From Omnitrophica bacterium RIFCSPHIGHO2_02_FULL_51_18 (GTDB taxonomy: Bacteria; Omnitrophota; Gorgyraeia; 2-02-FULL-51-18): a DNA stretch of 44,894 nucleotides. The stretch spans positions 13,020 through 57,913 of the forward strand of contig MHFI01000064.1 of assembly GCA_001804125.1 (NCBI GenBank). Direction: 5' to 3'. The notes under the pieces are model-generated. The model was given only the letters and a program-made list of their open reading frames with translations. It was not told the DNA's origin and made no database searches. This document shows, one piece after another, positions 17,447 to 26,930 of this stretch (within the stretch, counting starts at the first letter, position 1; each line of letters starts with the position of its first letter). Made by a program: the position numbers and the translations under genes.

Positions 17447-18492
17447 ATTTCGTCAGAAAGATTTACCCTAAGCGCACGCTCTCCGTGCTGGACGTGGGCG
17501 CGGAGACGGTCGTGGCATTGATTGCCCAAAGAAAAGGGGACGGCGCGTTTCAGGTGCTCGGCGCCGGCGATTCCCCGGCCGGCGGTACAAAGCAAGGAGT
17601 GATCGCGCATCTGGGTGATGCCGTGGAATCGGTGGCGGCGGCGATCCGCAGGGCCGAAAGCACTGCGGGCGTGTCCGTCGAGACGCTTTATTTTAATTTG
17701 GAGGACCCGGAAGCACAGAGCCTCGAGGTGCGGGGATCAAAGCATTTGTCCGGAGAAGGCGAGATCCGGCGCTTCGATGTCGAGCAGGCCTGCCAGACCG
17801 CCAAGCGCCTGGCGGCCCATTTTGACCGCACGATCATTTATTTCAAAGAGCTGGGGTTTATAATCGACGAGCGCGATCATGTGATAAATCCGCTGGGCGT
17901 GTTCGGCAGTAAGTTAGACGTGGTTGCGCACGTGGTCCAGGTGCGTTCACGGGTGTGTGAAGAATGGAACCGTCTCATGGCGCGCGCGGGCGTCGAAAGG
18001 CCCGTCAGCGTTTTTTCGGCCTTGTCCACGGCCTGCGGGATTTTACCCAGGGAAGACCGGATAAAGAAGCGGGTCATCGTAGAAGCCGGCCGGGATTTGA
18101 CGAGTGTATTTCTATTTGAAAATAACGGCATCACGGATTACAGGGTCTGTCTGACCGGCGATAGGGGCCCCGATGAAATCGGGATCCATGCGGCCCAGAT
18201 GGCCCGGGAGCTTATGAAAAGAAGCGAAGGCGCCGAGCAGTTTTTTTTGGCAGGGGATCTCACGGCGAACGATTCTCTGGAACGCGTTTTAGAGAATGAA
18301 CTGGGGATCCCCGTGCGCCGTTCTTCGCCTTTAGGCGTCGAGACACTGAGCCGCCCCCGGGATGCGGGTATCGTAGGGCTTTTGCACGTGGCCGATGAGC
18401 TTGAGAGAAAAAACCCCGCGTTTCACACAAAGAAGCACCTCTTCTCCACGATGCGTGACCGAGCCGTTTCTTATATCAACGAGTATTTTTAG
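17443..18492 (+). CDS. ftsA: Divergent, shortened FtsA-like protein (349 aa)
   Basis: Follows ftsQ; LDVG phosphate-1 loop, GGTKQGVI..AVESVAAAIRRAESTAG, 1C-type FIIDE..VINPLGVFGSKL, C-terminal amphipathic helix; second half degenerate. Confidence 0.8.
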   Translation: MNFVRKIYPKRTLSVLDVGAETVVALIAQRKGDGAFQVLGAGDSPAGGTKQGVIAHLGDAVESVAAAIRRAESTAGVSVETLYFNLEDPEAQSLEVRGSKHLSGEGEIRRFDVEQACQTAKRLAAHFDRTIIYFKELGFIIDERDHVINPLGVFGSKLDVVAHVVQVRSRVCEEWNRLMARAGVERPVSVFSALSTACGILPREDRIKKRVIVEAGRDLTSVFLFENNGITDYRVCLTGDRGPDEIGIHAAQMARELMKRSEGAEQFFLAGDLTANDSLERVLENELGIPVRRSSPLGVETLSRPRDAGIVGLLHVADELERKNPAFHTKKHLFSTMRDRAVSYINEYF

Positions 18493-18504
18493 GGAGTTCA
18501 TAAT

Positions 18505-19725
18505 TTGTATAGAAGCTCAATACCCGGAATCCTGTCGGACCTTAAAAAAGGCAGGCTCATCATCGTCATTGATGATGAAGACAGGGAAAATGAAGGCGAC
18601 CTGGTCGTCGCGGCCGAGTTTGCAACACCGGCGAAGATTAATTTTATGGCTAAACACGGCCGCGGAATTATCTGTGTGTCGATGGAGGGGAAGCGCCTTG
18701 AGGGACTCGGGGTAGACCTCATGGTTGCCCATAATACCGATGAGCTGAAGACGGCTTGGACGGTTTCGATTGACGCCCGGCGCGGCATCAGCACGGGCAT
18801 TTCAGCTTATGACCGGGCCCGCACGATCAAGGTATTGATTGACCCCAAGACCAAAAAAGAGGATTTGGTGAGACCGGGACACCTGTTTCCGTTGAGGGCG
18901 CGTGAGGGCGGGGTGTTGGTGCGGGCGGGACACACGGAAGCCTCCGTGGATCTGATGAAACTGGCGGAGCTGTATCCGGCCGGCGCTATTTGCGAGATCA
19001 TGAACGATGACGGCAGCATGGCGCGCACGCCGGATTTGATCGCGTTTGCCAAAAAACACGGGCTAAAGATTTGCACCATCCGGGACTTGATTGAGTACCG
19101 CCGAAAAAAAGAAAAGCTTGTTTTTAAAGCGGTCGAAACGCGCATCACGAACGATTACGGCGAGTTTAAGCTGGTGGCTTACGAGTCGACCGTGGACAAG
19201 GATTATCACGTGGCGCTCGTGATGGGCGATATTTCACCGAATAAACCGGCTTTGGTGCGCGTGCATTCGGAGTGCTTTACCGGCGATATCCTGGGCTCCA
19301 AGCGGTGTGATTGCGGCGAGCAGCTTCACAACGCGATGAAATTGATTGCGAAGGAAAGGCAGGGGGTGCTTCTTTATATGAGGCAGGAAGGCCGGGGAAT
19401 AGGACTTTTGAATAAATTGAAGGCTTATCAATTGCAGGACAAGGGATTGGATACCGTGGAGGCCAATAAGAAACTGGGATTTCCGGCGGACCTGCGTCAC
19501 TATGGGGTGGGCGCCCAGATTTTGGCCGATTTGGGGATCCGGAGCATAAGGCTTCTCACGAATAATCCGAGAAAAATCGTGGGTCTGGAAGGTTATGGAC
19601 TTAAAGTAGTTGAGCGCGTGCCGATTGAAATCAAACCGCATCCGCATAACCGGAAATACCTGGAAACCAAGAGGAAGAAGCTGGGGCATTTTTTGGGCGC
19701 GCTTCATGGAAAAAAGAAAAGATAA
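18505..19725 (+). CDS. ribBA: Bifunctional DHBP synthase / GTP cyclohydrolase II
   Basis: [51 protein letters not shown]. Confidence 0.97.
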   Translation: MYRSSIPGILSDLKKGRLIIVIDDEDRENEGDLVVAAEFATPAKINFMAKHGRGIICVSMEGKRLEGLGVDLMVAHNTDELKTAWTVSIDARRGISTGISAYDRARTIKVLIDPKTKKEDLVRPGHLFPLRAREGGVLVRAGHTEASVDLMKLAELYPAGAICEIMNDDGSMARTPDLIAFAKKHGLKICTIRDLIEYRRKKEKLVFKAVETRITNDYGEFKLVAYESTVDKDYHVALVMGDISPNKPALVRVHSECFTGDILGSKRCDCGEQLHNAMKLIAKERQGVLLYMRQEGRGIGLLNKLKAYQLQDKGLDTVEANKKLGFPADLRHYGVGAQILADLGIRSIRLLTNNPRKIVGLEGYGLKVVERVPIEIKPHPHNRKYLETKRKKLGHFLGALHGKKKR

Positions 19726-20215
19726 TTCTCTGAAAGGAATTCCGGAGTCCAAAGGGAGCTTCCGGGCGAAGGGCCTTAAAATAGCGGTCGTCGTTTCAGA
19801 CTTCAATGAGTATCTCACCCGCGGGCTTCTGCTGGGTGCCGTGGATACGTTGCTGCGCCACGGCGCGCGAAAGCCGGACATCAAGGTTTTCCATGTGCCC
19901 GGCGCGTTTGAAATCCCTCTGGCAGCCAAGAGGCTTGTTCAAAAAAAGAGGTGGGATGCGGTGATCACGCTTGCGGTCGTGATCCGGGGAGAAACCAAGC
20001 ACTTTGATCAAGTCGTGAGGGAAAGCGCGCGGAGCCTGCGGGAACTCAGTGACCGGAGTGAAATACCGGTCATCCTGGGTATTATTTCTGCCCACACGGT
20101 TGCGCAGGCGGTCGAGCGCGTAGGGGTCAAGCACATGAATAAAGGGCGTGAGTGGGCGATGGCGGCGATTGAAATGGCCAATCTCATGCGGGATCGTTCT
20201 CTGAAGAAAAAATGA
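19706..20215 (+). CDS. ribH: 6,7-dimethyl-8-ribityllumazine synthase
   Basis: [30 protein letters not shown]; ATG 19706 preferred. Confidence 0.94.
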   Translation: MEKRKDNSLKGIPESKGSFRAKGLKIAVVVSDFNEYLTRGLLLGAVDTLLRHGARKPDIKVFHVPGAFEIPLAAKRLVQKKRWDAVITLAVVIRGETKHFDQVVRESARSLRELSDRSEIPVILGIISAHTVAQAVERVGVKHMNKGREWAMAAIEMANLMRDRSLKKK

Positions 20216-20670
20216 GAAAACGCACGAAAGCGCGCGAATTTGCGCTTCAGATTCTTTATCAGGAGGATATTTCGCATTCGGATGTCGACGAGGTCTTCGA
20301 GGATTTCTGGAAGGAGAAAACCGGCCTGACTTTGTTCCCCGGAGAGGACGAAGCACCGGAAGAACATGAAAATAACGCCGAGGTCCGCCAATACACCGAA
20401 CGCATCGTGCGCGGCACGATTGAAAAGCTCGAGATCATCGACAAGATGATAGAACGATTTGCCGAGCATTGGGAACTCAAGCGCATGGCCTACGTGGACA
20501 GGAACATCCTGCGCCTGGCCGCTTACGAAATGATGTTCATAGATGAAATTCCCGTCAAGGTGGCGATCAATGAAGCCGTGGAACTTGCGAAGCGCTACGG
20601 AGAAGCCGATTCCTCCAAGTTCGTAAATGGCATCTTAGATAAGATCGCAAAAATGGAATGCAAAAAGTAA
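20212..20670 (+). CDS. nusB: Transcription antitermination factor NusB
   Basis: RTKAREFALQILYQ, DRNILR, VAINEAVELAKRY, FVNGILD. Confidence 0.97.
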   Translation: MRKRTKAREFALQILYQEDISHSDVDEVFEDFWKEKTGLTLFPGEDEAPEEHENNAEVRQYTERIVRGTIEKLEIIDKMIERFAEHWELKRMAYVDRNILRLAAYEMMFIDEIPVKVAINEAVELAKRYGEADSSKFVNGILDKIAKMECKK

Positions 20671-21773
20671 CTCCCAAAGATCTTTTTTTCATGCGCAGAG
20701 CCATCGCGTTGGCCCGGCGCGGGGAAGGTCGTGTGCACCCAAACCCGCTCGTGGGCGCCGTGCTTGTGAAAGCCGGACGCATCATCGGCGAGGGCGCTCA
20801 TCAAAAATTCGGCGGTTTGCACGCGGAGGTATTTGCGATTCAAAAATCAGGACAAAAGGCCAAAGGTGCGACACTTTATGTGACGCTTGAACCGTGTTCC
20901 CACTACGGGAAGACGGGACCTTGCGCGGACCTTATTCTGGAATCGGGAATCAAAAAAGTGGTGATTGCCGCCAGAGACAAAAACCCGCTTGTGAACGGGC
21001 GGGGCATTCGGAAATTGAAAAAAGCGGGTGTGCGGGTGGTGGAAGGGGTTCTCGAAAAAGAAGCGGCCGCGCTCAACAGGGATTTCAATCACTGGGTCCG
21101 GCATAAGGTGCCTTACGGCGTCATCAAGGTCGCGCAAAGTTTGGACGGCAAGATTGCCACGAAGACTGGCGAGTCACGCTGGATTACGGGCAAGGAAGCG
21201 CGTGAGTTTTCGCAGACACTTCGCGCTTCCTCCGATGCGATCCTGGTGGGGGTAAACACCGTGTTGAAGGACAATCCTTCCTTAAGCGTGCGAAACGGCC
21301 ACAAGACGAAGGGCTCTTCGAAGACACCTTTCAAAGTGGTGCTGGACAGTTTTCTGCGAACCCCCTTAAATGCAAATATTTTCTCAAACAAATCAAAAGG
21401 TCCGGTGATCATCGCGGCTTCGCATCGGGCAAACAAAAATCGGCTTTCCTCCTTGCGAAAGAAAGCCCAGGTGCTTGTTTTGCCGGAGAAAAAAGGCCGC
21501 GTGGATTTAAGGCTTCTTTTTAAGGAACTGGCCCGGCGGGGGATTGTGAAGGTTTTGATCGAGGGCGGCGGAGCGGCGATTGCGGACATCTTAGACAAGC
21601 GGCTGGCGCGCGAGCTTTATTGGTTCGTGGCCCCGAAGATCATCGGTGGGAAAAATGCCGTCCATTCCGTTGCCGGTGAAGGCGTCGGTTCATTGCAAAA
21701 GGCGGTGGCGCTTCAATCGGCGAGCGTTCGGCCCGTAGGCAAAGATTTTTTGATTCACGGATTTATTTCCTGA
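20658..21773 (+). CDS. ribD: Riboflavin biosynthesis deaminase/reductase RibD
   Basis: PNPLVG, HAE, TLEPCSHYGKTGPC, SLDGKIA, SRWITG, IEGG. Confidence 0.96.
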   Translation: MQKVTPKDLFFMRRAIALARRGEGRVHPNPLVGAVLVKAGRIIGEGAHQKFGGLHAEVFAIQKSGQKAKGATLYVTLEPCSHYGKTGPCADLILESGIKKVVIAARDKNPLVNGRGIRKLKKAGVRVVEGVLEKEAAALNRDFNHWVRHKVPYGVIKVAQSLDGKIATKTGESRWITGKEAREFSQTLRASSDAILVGVNTVLKDNPSLSVRNGHKTKGSSKTPFKVVLDSFLRTPLNANIFSNKSKGPVIIAASHRANKNRLSSLRKKAQVLVLPEKKGRVDLRLLFKELARRGIVKVLIEGGGAAIADILDKRLARELYWFVAPKIIGGKNAVHSVAGEGVGSLQKAVALQSASVRPVGKDFLIHGFIS

Positions 21774-21775
21774 AA

Positions 21776-22381
21776 ATGTTTACGGGCGTCATTGAGAAAA
21801 CAGGGGTCGTGAGAGAATGGAAGCGCTCGAAGAGCGCCCGCGCGAAAATCCTCGGGCTGAGCTGTCCGGCGGGCTTGGCACGTGCGCTTAAAATCGGCGG
21901 CAGTGTCTGCGTGAACGGGGCGTGTCTTACGGTCGTTCAAAAGCGTGGGAATCATATTTACTTTAACGTCGTTGCCGAGACGCTGAAAAGAACCACACTC
22001 GGAAGCCTTAAACGCGGGGACAGCGTTCATTGGGAACTCCCGCTCAAGGCCAATGCCAGGCTCGACGGGCATTTTGTGCTGGGCCATGTGGACGGCAAAG
22101 GCAAGATCCTTCGCGTGCTTCCCGGGAAGAATCAAACAAGCCTCCTCGTCGGATTTCCAAAGCCGCTTGCGCCTTTTTTTCTGGAAAAAGGGTCGGTGGC
22201 CGTGAACGGCGTCAGTCTGACTATCGGCGAAGTCACCCGAAACGCGTTTTGGCTCCATTTAATCCCCTACACACTTAAGAAAACCCGCTTGGCCGGGTTG
22301 AAGAAAGGGGACCGCGTGAATTTGGAGGCGGATATCCTGGTAAAACTGCTGGCCAGGATGTTTAAGAAGTCATTCAATTAA
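21776..22381 (+). CDS. ribE: Riboflavin synthase (alpha chain)
   Basis: MFTG start, NGACLTV, GHFVLGHVD, NGVSLT, VNLEAD. Confidence 0.96.
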   Translation: MFTGVIEKTGVVREWKRSKSARAKILGLSCPAGLARALKIGGSVCVNGACLTVVQKRGNHIYFNVVAETLKRTTLGSLKRGDSVHWELPLKANARLDGHFVLGHVDGKGKILRVLPGKNQTSLLVGFPKPLAPFFLEKGSVAVNGVSLTIGEVTRNAFWLHLIPYTLKKTRLAGLKKGDRVNLEADILVKLLARMFKKSFN

Positions 22382-22409
22382 TTGACAACCCCTAAAGGCT
22401 CATTATAAG
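22382..22409 (+). promoter_or_regulatory. Putative sigma70 promoter for bamD operon
   Basis: TTGACA (22382-22387), 16 bp, TATAAG (22404-22409). Confidence 0.55.
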
Positions 22410-22437
22410 CTATAGGCTTGAATTTACCGGAACTTTC

Positions 22438-23436
22438 ATGATAAACAAAAAACGGGTTGTTTTATTCTTATTGTTCGCTTCGGTGTTCGTCAGCGGGGTT
22501 TCTCAGGCTTATTGGGTGTGGAGCCCTGACATTGGGAAATGGATCAATCCCAAAAATTCCGCAAAAGATACGCCTGAAGAACAGTTTAATTGGGCCATGC
22601 AGTTTTATGGGCAGAAGAACTGGGACCGTGCGATCGAGGAGTTTGAAAAGCTTCCCGAGGCGTTTCCAAATTCACGTATGGCAGCCGAGGGCGTTTATTA
22701 TGCCGGGCTTTGCTGGGAAGAGAAGCAGGACTTGGCCAAGGCCGCCGATGCCTATCAGAAGCTCATAGACCGCTATCCCTACAGCGACCGCATCAAGGAC
22801 GCCACCCATCGCGAGTTTGAAATTGCCAACCAGTTTGCCTCCGGAGAAAAGATGAAGCTTCTGGGGATCCTCGTGCTTTCGGGGCAGGACAAAGCGATAG
22901 AGCTTTACAAGCATGTCGTAAAAAACGCCCCGTACGGCAGTTACGGCGCCGAGGCGCAGTTCCAGATCGGTGAAGTTTACAAGACGATGCAGGAATACGA
23001 AGAGGCCCAAAAGGCCTATCAGCAGGTCATCGACGAGTATCCCAATTCGGAACTGGTGACGAAGGCGCGCTATCAGATCGCCTATGTGGGGATGGAGGCC
23101 TCTAAAAAATCTCAGTACAATGAACAGTATGCCGAGCGGGCGATCGAGCAATTTGAGGACTTCAAGAAGACGTTTCCGGAGGATCAGCAGGCGCTCGAGG
23201 CCGATGAATCCATCCGTGTGCTGCGCGCGAAGAAGGCCCAGCAAAACTTTGAGGTGGGCTCCTTCTATGAAAAACAGAAGAAATTCTCAAGCGCCAAGGT
23301 CTATTACGGCGAGGTTTCCCAAAAGTACGCTGACACGCCGGCGGCCGAGGAAGCCAAGCGGCGGCTGCAAAACATTCTTCAGAATGAGAGCGGCGAGAGA
23401 AAACCTGACTCTAAACCCTGGTACCGCCCATGGTGA
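22438..23436 (+). CDS. bamD: Outer membrane assembly factor BamD-like TPR protein
   Basis: Signal peptide, repeated TPRs ending YPxS, C-terminal FYEKQKKFSSAKVYY; adjacent to lptE. Confidence 0.75.
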   Translation: MINKKRVVLFLLFASVFVSGVSQAYWVWSPDIGKWINPKNSAKDTPEEQFNWAMQFYGQKNWDRAIEEFEKLPEAFPNSRMAAEGVYYAGLCWEEKQDLAKAADAYQKLIDRYPYSDRIKDATHREFEIANQFASGEKMKLLGILVLSGQDKAIELYKHVVKNAPYGSYGAEAQFQIGEVYKTMQEYEEAQKAYQQVIDEYPNSELVTKARYQIAYVGMEASKKSQYNEQYAERAIEQFEDFKKTFPEDQQALEADESIRVLRAKKAQQNFEVGSFYEKQKKFSSAKVYYGEVSQKYADTPAAEEAKRRLQNILQNESGERKPDSKPWYRPW

Positions 23437-23987
23437 AAACAGGTTCAGAGCTGATCAGGTCTTTGGTTTTATCGCTGTGTGTTGTGATGCTCGGGACGGG
23501 TTGCGGCTATACGACCAAGTCCAACCTGCCTGAACATATCAAGACGATCCATGTGGAACCCGTCAAAAATACGATAGATCTTTCCACGGAGGTGAGCGAC
23601 AAGGAGCGTTTTCGCGTTTACCGCCCCGGCGTGGAGGTGGACATCACCAACGCCATCATCAACCGTTTCGTGTTTGACGGAAATTTGAAGATTGCCTCGG
23701 CCGATAAAGCCAATGCCGTCGTGGAGTCGAAGCTCCTCGATTACCGCCGCGACACGCTTCGGTACAGCGCCGGCGACGATATCCAGGAATATCGCCTCAG
23801 CATTGTGCTGGATGTGAGCGTGTATGAAGCGGGGACGCATAAAATGATCTGGCAGGACGCGGCACTGACCGGGGATACTTCCTTCTTCTTGTCCGGTTCG
23901 CGCGCCGTCAGTGAAGACGTGGCGGCCGCGAAGGCCGTGGAAGACGTGGCGCGCCGAGTGGTGGAAAAAACCATCGAAATATGGTAG
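23430..23987 (+). CDS. lptE: LPS assembly lipoprotein LptE-like
   Basis: Lipobox GTGCGY; size and position directly upstream of holA. Confidence 0.75.
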   Translation: MVKTGSELIRSLVLSLCVVMLGTGCGYTTKSNLPEHIKTIHVEPVKNTIDLSTEVSDKERFRVYRPGVEVDITNAIINRFVFDGNLKIASADKANAVVESKLLDYRRDTLRYSAGDDIQEYRLSIVLDVSVYEAGTHKMIWQDAALTGDTSFFLSGSRAVSEDVAAAKAVEDVARRVVEKTIEIW

Positions 23988-24028
23988 CCGCATCTCTTTA
24001 TCCCGCCCTTCGTTTCACCTTGTGAGGC

Positions 24029-25009
24029 ATGAAATCGCTGACAGAACCTTCGAAGGGCGGGATTTACCTCCTCGTAGGTAAAGAAGAGTTCCTGAAAAAA
24101 GAATTCGTCCGTAGTCTCAAAAGCTCCCTTTTTAAGAATCTTTCCGAACTGGACCTCAATTTTCGGGAATTTGACGCCGAGCCGGGCGGTTTTGCCGCGT
24201 TTAAGGATTTCCTTCAGACGCTGCCTTTTTTAAGTCCCCAGCGGCTTGCGGTCTTGTCCGGCGTGGATGAGCTCGAAGAGGGGGAAAAAGAGAGCTTGCT
24301 TTCCTTCATCGCTTCCTTCCCGTCTTCGGCCGCCGCGGTTCTCGTGTCCTGCGAGACGAGCGCCAAAAAAAACCCCTTCTTATCCGCCGTGTCCAAGAAA
24401 GCAAAGACGGTGTCGTGCTACGCCCCGTTTGACAGGGATCTGCCGCAGTGGATTTCCACGCGTGCGAAGCATGCGGGGATACGGCTTGAACCGGCCGCGA
24501 GTGCGCTTCTCATCGATAAAATGGGCAAGGATGTGCCGGCGCTTTCGTCATCGCTCGAGATGCTTGCGACTTACATTCATCCGAGGAAAGACGTAAACGC
24601 GGGCGATGTGGAAGCGCTGCTGGGGCGTTCGCTCCAAAATGATGTGTTCGTGCTGGTGGACAACCTACTGAAAAAAGACGCGAAGGCCGCGCTTTCCATG
24701 ACCGCCAATTTTTTAAGGGAGGGGATACGGGGTTTTGAGATTGTGGCGGTTCTGGCCGGACAGTTTGAACGGATGCGAAAGGCCAAAGCGCTGATGGACG
24801 AAGGGCTTCCCGGTGCTCAAGTGGGCACCGAGCTTAGGGTGCATTCATTTTTCATGGATAAGTTTGTCGTGCAGGTGAAAAGCCTTTCGCGGTTTGACCT
24901 GCGGAAGGTTTTTCGGGAGCTCTTGCTGTGTGATGAATCGATCAAGACAGGCGCTTTAAGCGAAAGCCTGGCCGTCGAACGGCTGGTGCTTTCCCTGTGC
25001 CTGCAATAA
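24029..25009 (+). CDS. holA: DNA polymerase III delta subunit
   Basis: IYLLVGKEEFL, TLPFLSPQRL, VFVLVD, DESIKTG; next to rpsT. Confidence 0.9.
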   Translation: MKSLTEPSKGGIYLLVGKEEFLKKEFVRSLKSSLFKNLSELDLNFREFDAEPGGFAAFKDFLQTLPFLSPQRLAVLSGVDELEEGEKESLLSFIASFPSSAAAVLVSCETSAKKNPFLSAVSKKAKTVSCYAPFDRDLPQWISTRAKHAGIRLEPAASALLIDKMGKDVPALSSSLEMLATYIHPRKDVNAGDVEALLGRSLQNDVFVLVDNLLKKDAKAALSMTANFLREGIRGFEIVAVLAGQFERMRKAKALMDEGLPGAQVGTELRVHSFFMDKFVVQVKSLSRFDLRKVFRELLLCDESIKTGALSESLAVERLVLSLCLQ

Positions 25010-25021
25010 TTGCCTAGGCTT

Positions 25022-25288
25022 CTAAACTTTGATGGCGTTGATTTTGAGGGTGGTGCGGGACTTCTGGCGGGAGGCGAGGTTCTTATGAATCAGGCCTTTT
25101 TTAACCGCCTTATCCAGTTTTGAAAAAAGATCCCGGGACAAAGCCAGCGCTTCCGGCTTTTTGTTGCCGACAATGAGCGTTTTTACCTTGCGCTGGATCG
25201 TACGAAGATCCGACAGCGTCTGCACGTTGAGTGCGCGGCGCTTCTTATCGATGCGGATCTTTTTGATGGATGAACGTCTATGAGCCAT
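25022..25288 (-). CDS. rpsT: 30S ribosomal protein S20
   Basis: LDKAVKKGLIHKNLASRQKSR; SD AGGGAG upstream. Confidence 0.96.
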   Translation of the reverse strand: MAHRRSSIKKIRIDKKRRALNVQTLSDLRTIQRKVKTLIVGNKKPEALALSRDLFSKLDKAVKKGLIHKNLASRQKSRTTLKINAIKV

Positions 25289-25311
25289 AATTTCTCCCTT
25301 ATAGGCACAGT

Positions 25312-25340
25312 ATCTTACAGAAAACGAGTTTGAGTGTCAA
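25312..25340 (-). promoter_or_regulatory. sigma70 promoter of rpsT
   Basis: On minus strand TTGACA (25340-25335)-17 bp-TAAGAT (25317-25312). Confidence 0.75.
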
Positions 25341-25341
25341 A

Positions 25342-26910
25342 ATGAATTCATCGCTTGCAAAATCCGCCGGAATTCTAGGGAGTCTCACGGCCTTGAGCCG
25401 GGTGCTGGGGTTCGTGCGGGACCTCATTATCGCGACCGCGTTCGGGACGGGTGTCGCAGCCGAGGCGTTTGTCGTGAGCTTCAAGATTCCGAACCTCCTG
25501 AGGGACCTCGTGGGAGAAGGTGCCATGAACTCGGCGTTTGTGCCGGTGCTGACGGAGTGTCATGAAAAAAGAAAGGAAGAGTTCTGGCATCTGGTGTCGA
25601 CGCTGTTTTTTATGATGACGGCGATTTTGATTTTGTTGTCCGTTTTGGGGTGCGTGTTTGCGCCGCAGATTGTGCGTTTGATTGCCCCGGGTTTCGTCCT
25701 CTCCACGGACCCCGAAAAATTTCCTCTCACCGTTAAACTCACACGCGTGATATTTCCTTATTTGTTTTTCATCGGCCTCTCGGCGCTTGCTATGGGCGTC
25801 TTGAATTCCCTGAAGGAGTTCGGAAGCTCCGCGCTCGGGCCCGTATTTTTAAATATCTCGATGATCGTGGCGGGTTTCTTTTATGAAAAACACTACGGCC
25901 CCATGGCGCTTGTGGTGGGCGTCCTGGCCGGCGGCGTGCTGCAGCTGGGGTGTCAGATCGGGCCGCTTTTAAAGCGGGGGTTCCGCCTCACCCCACCTCG
26001 GTGGAACCACGATTCCGTAAAAAGGATCGGAAGGCTTCTCCTGCCGCGCGTGTTCGGTTCTGCGCTTTACCAGATCAACGTGTTCGTCGATTCCGTCCTG
26101 GCTTCGTTTGAAACGATCATCGGACCCGGCGGCCAGTCCGCGCTTTATTACTCGAACCGTCTTTTTCAGCTGCCGCTTGCGATTTTCGGCTATTCGATTG
26201 CGCAGGCTGCGTTGCCCACGTTTTCAAGTCAGATGGTTCTTAAGGATCTCGAAGGATTTAAGTCGACGTTCTCGGCGGCTGTGCGGTCGCTGGCGCTTGT
26301 GGTGCTGCCGGCCTCCGCAGGGCTTATCACCTTGTGCGGGCCGATCGTGCGAATCATTTTCGAGCACGGCCGTTTCAACGCGTATTCGACGCAGATCACG
26401 CAGAGCGCGCTTTATTTTTATGCGTTCGGGCTTTTGTCGTGCTGCCTGATCAAACTTTTGGTGAACGCGTTCTACGCGATGCAGGACACGCGCACGCCCG
26501 TGAAGACGATGCTGATGGCCGTCGTTTTGAACGTGATCTTAAGCCTTCTTATGATGCGGCCCCTGAAGATCGGCGGGTTGGCGCTGGCCTCCACGCTGTC
26601 GGCCACCGTCAACGTCGTTATGCTCTATGTGTTTTTAAGAAAGAGGGTGGGCGCGATTGATGAACGGCGGATTCTCAAAAGCATCTTTAAAATTTCGACG
26701 GCGGCGGCGGTCATGGGGTTTTTTTCGTTTTCATTCAACCATTGGGTTCTGGAGGCGCATCGCGGTGCCCCGACGACCCTTCAGGCGTTTTATCTTTTTC
26801 TGGGGATCAGTTTAAGCGTCTTGGTGTATCTGGGTTCCGTGTGGGTCTTGAAAGTCGAAGCCCCGCCCTTCCAAAGTGGACGGAGCTTCTTTAAAAAAGG
26901 TGTCAAATGA
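25342..26910 (+). CDS. murJ: Lipid II flippase MurJ (MviN)
   Basis: SRVLGFVRD, IPNLLRDLVGEGA..AFVP, NRLFQLP, FYAMQDTRTP; many TMs. Confidence 0.96.
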   Translation: MNSSLAKSAGILGSLTALSRVLGFVRDLIIATAFGTGVAAEAFVVSFKIPNLLRDLVGEGAMNSAFVPVLTECHEKRKEEFWHLVSTLFFMMTAILILLSVLGCVFAPQIVRLIAPGFVLSTDPEKFPLTVKLTRVIFPYLFFIGLSALAMGVLNSLKEFGSSALGPVFLNISMIVAGFFYEKHYGPMALVVGVLAGGVLQLGCQIGPLLKRGFRLTPPRWNHDSVKRIGRLLLPRVFGSALYQINVFVDSVLASFETIIGPGGQSALYYSNRLFQLPLAIFGYSIAQAALPTFSSQMVLKDLEGFKSTFSAAVRSLALVVLPASAGLITLCGPIVRIIFEHGRFNAYSTQITQSALYFYAFGLLSCCLIKLLVNAFYAMQDTRTPVKTMLMAVVLNVILSLLMMRPLKIGGLALASTLSATVNVVMLYVFLRKRVGAIDERRILKSIFKISTAAAVMGFFSFSFNHWVLEAHRGAPTTLQAFYLFLGISLSVLVYLGSVWVLKVEAPPFQSGRSFFKKGVK

Positions 26911-26930
26911 GTTTTAGGAAGGGCGGGGTT
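26858..26930. repeat. Inverted repeat straddling the murJ/uvrC junction
   Basis: Perfect 12-bp IR CCCCGCCCTTCC (26861-26872)/GGAAGGGCGGGG (26917-26928). Confidence 0.7.
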
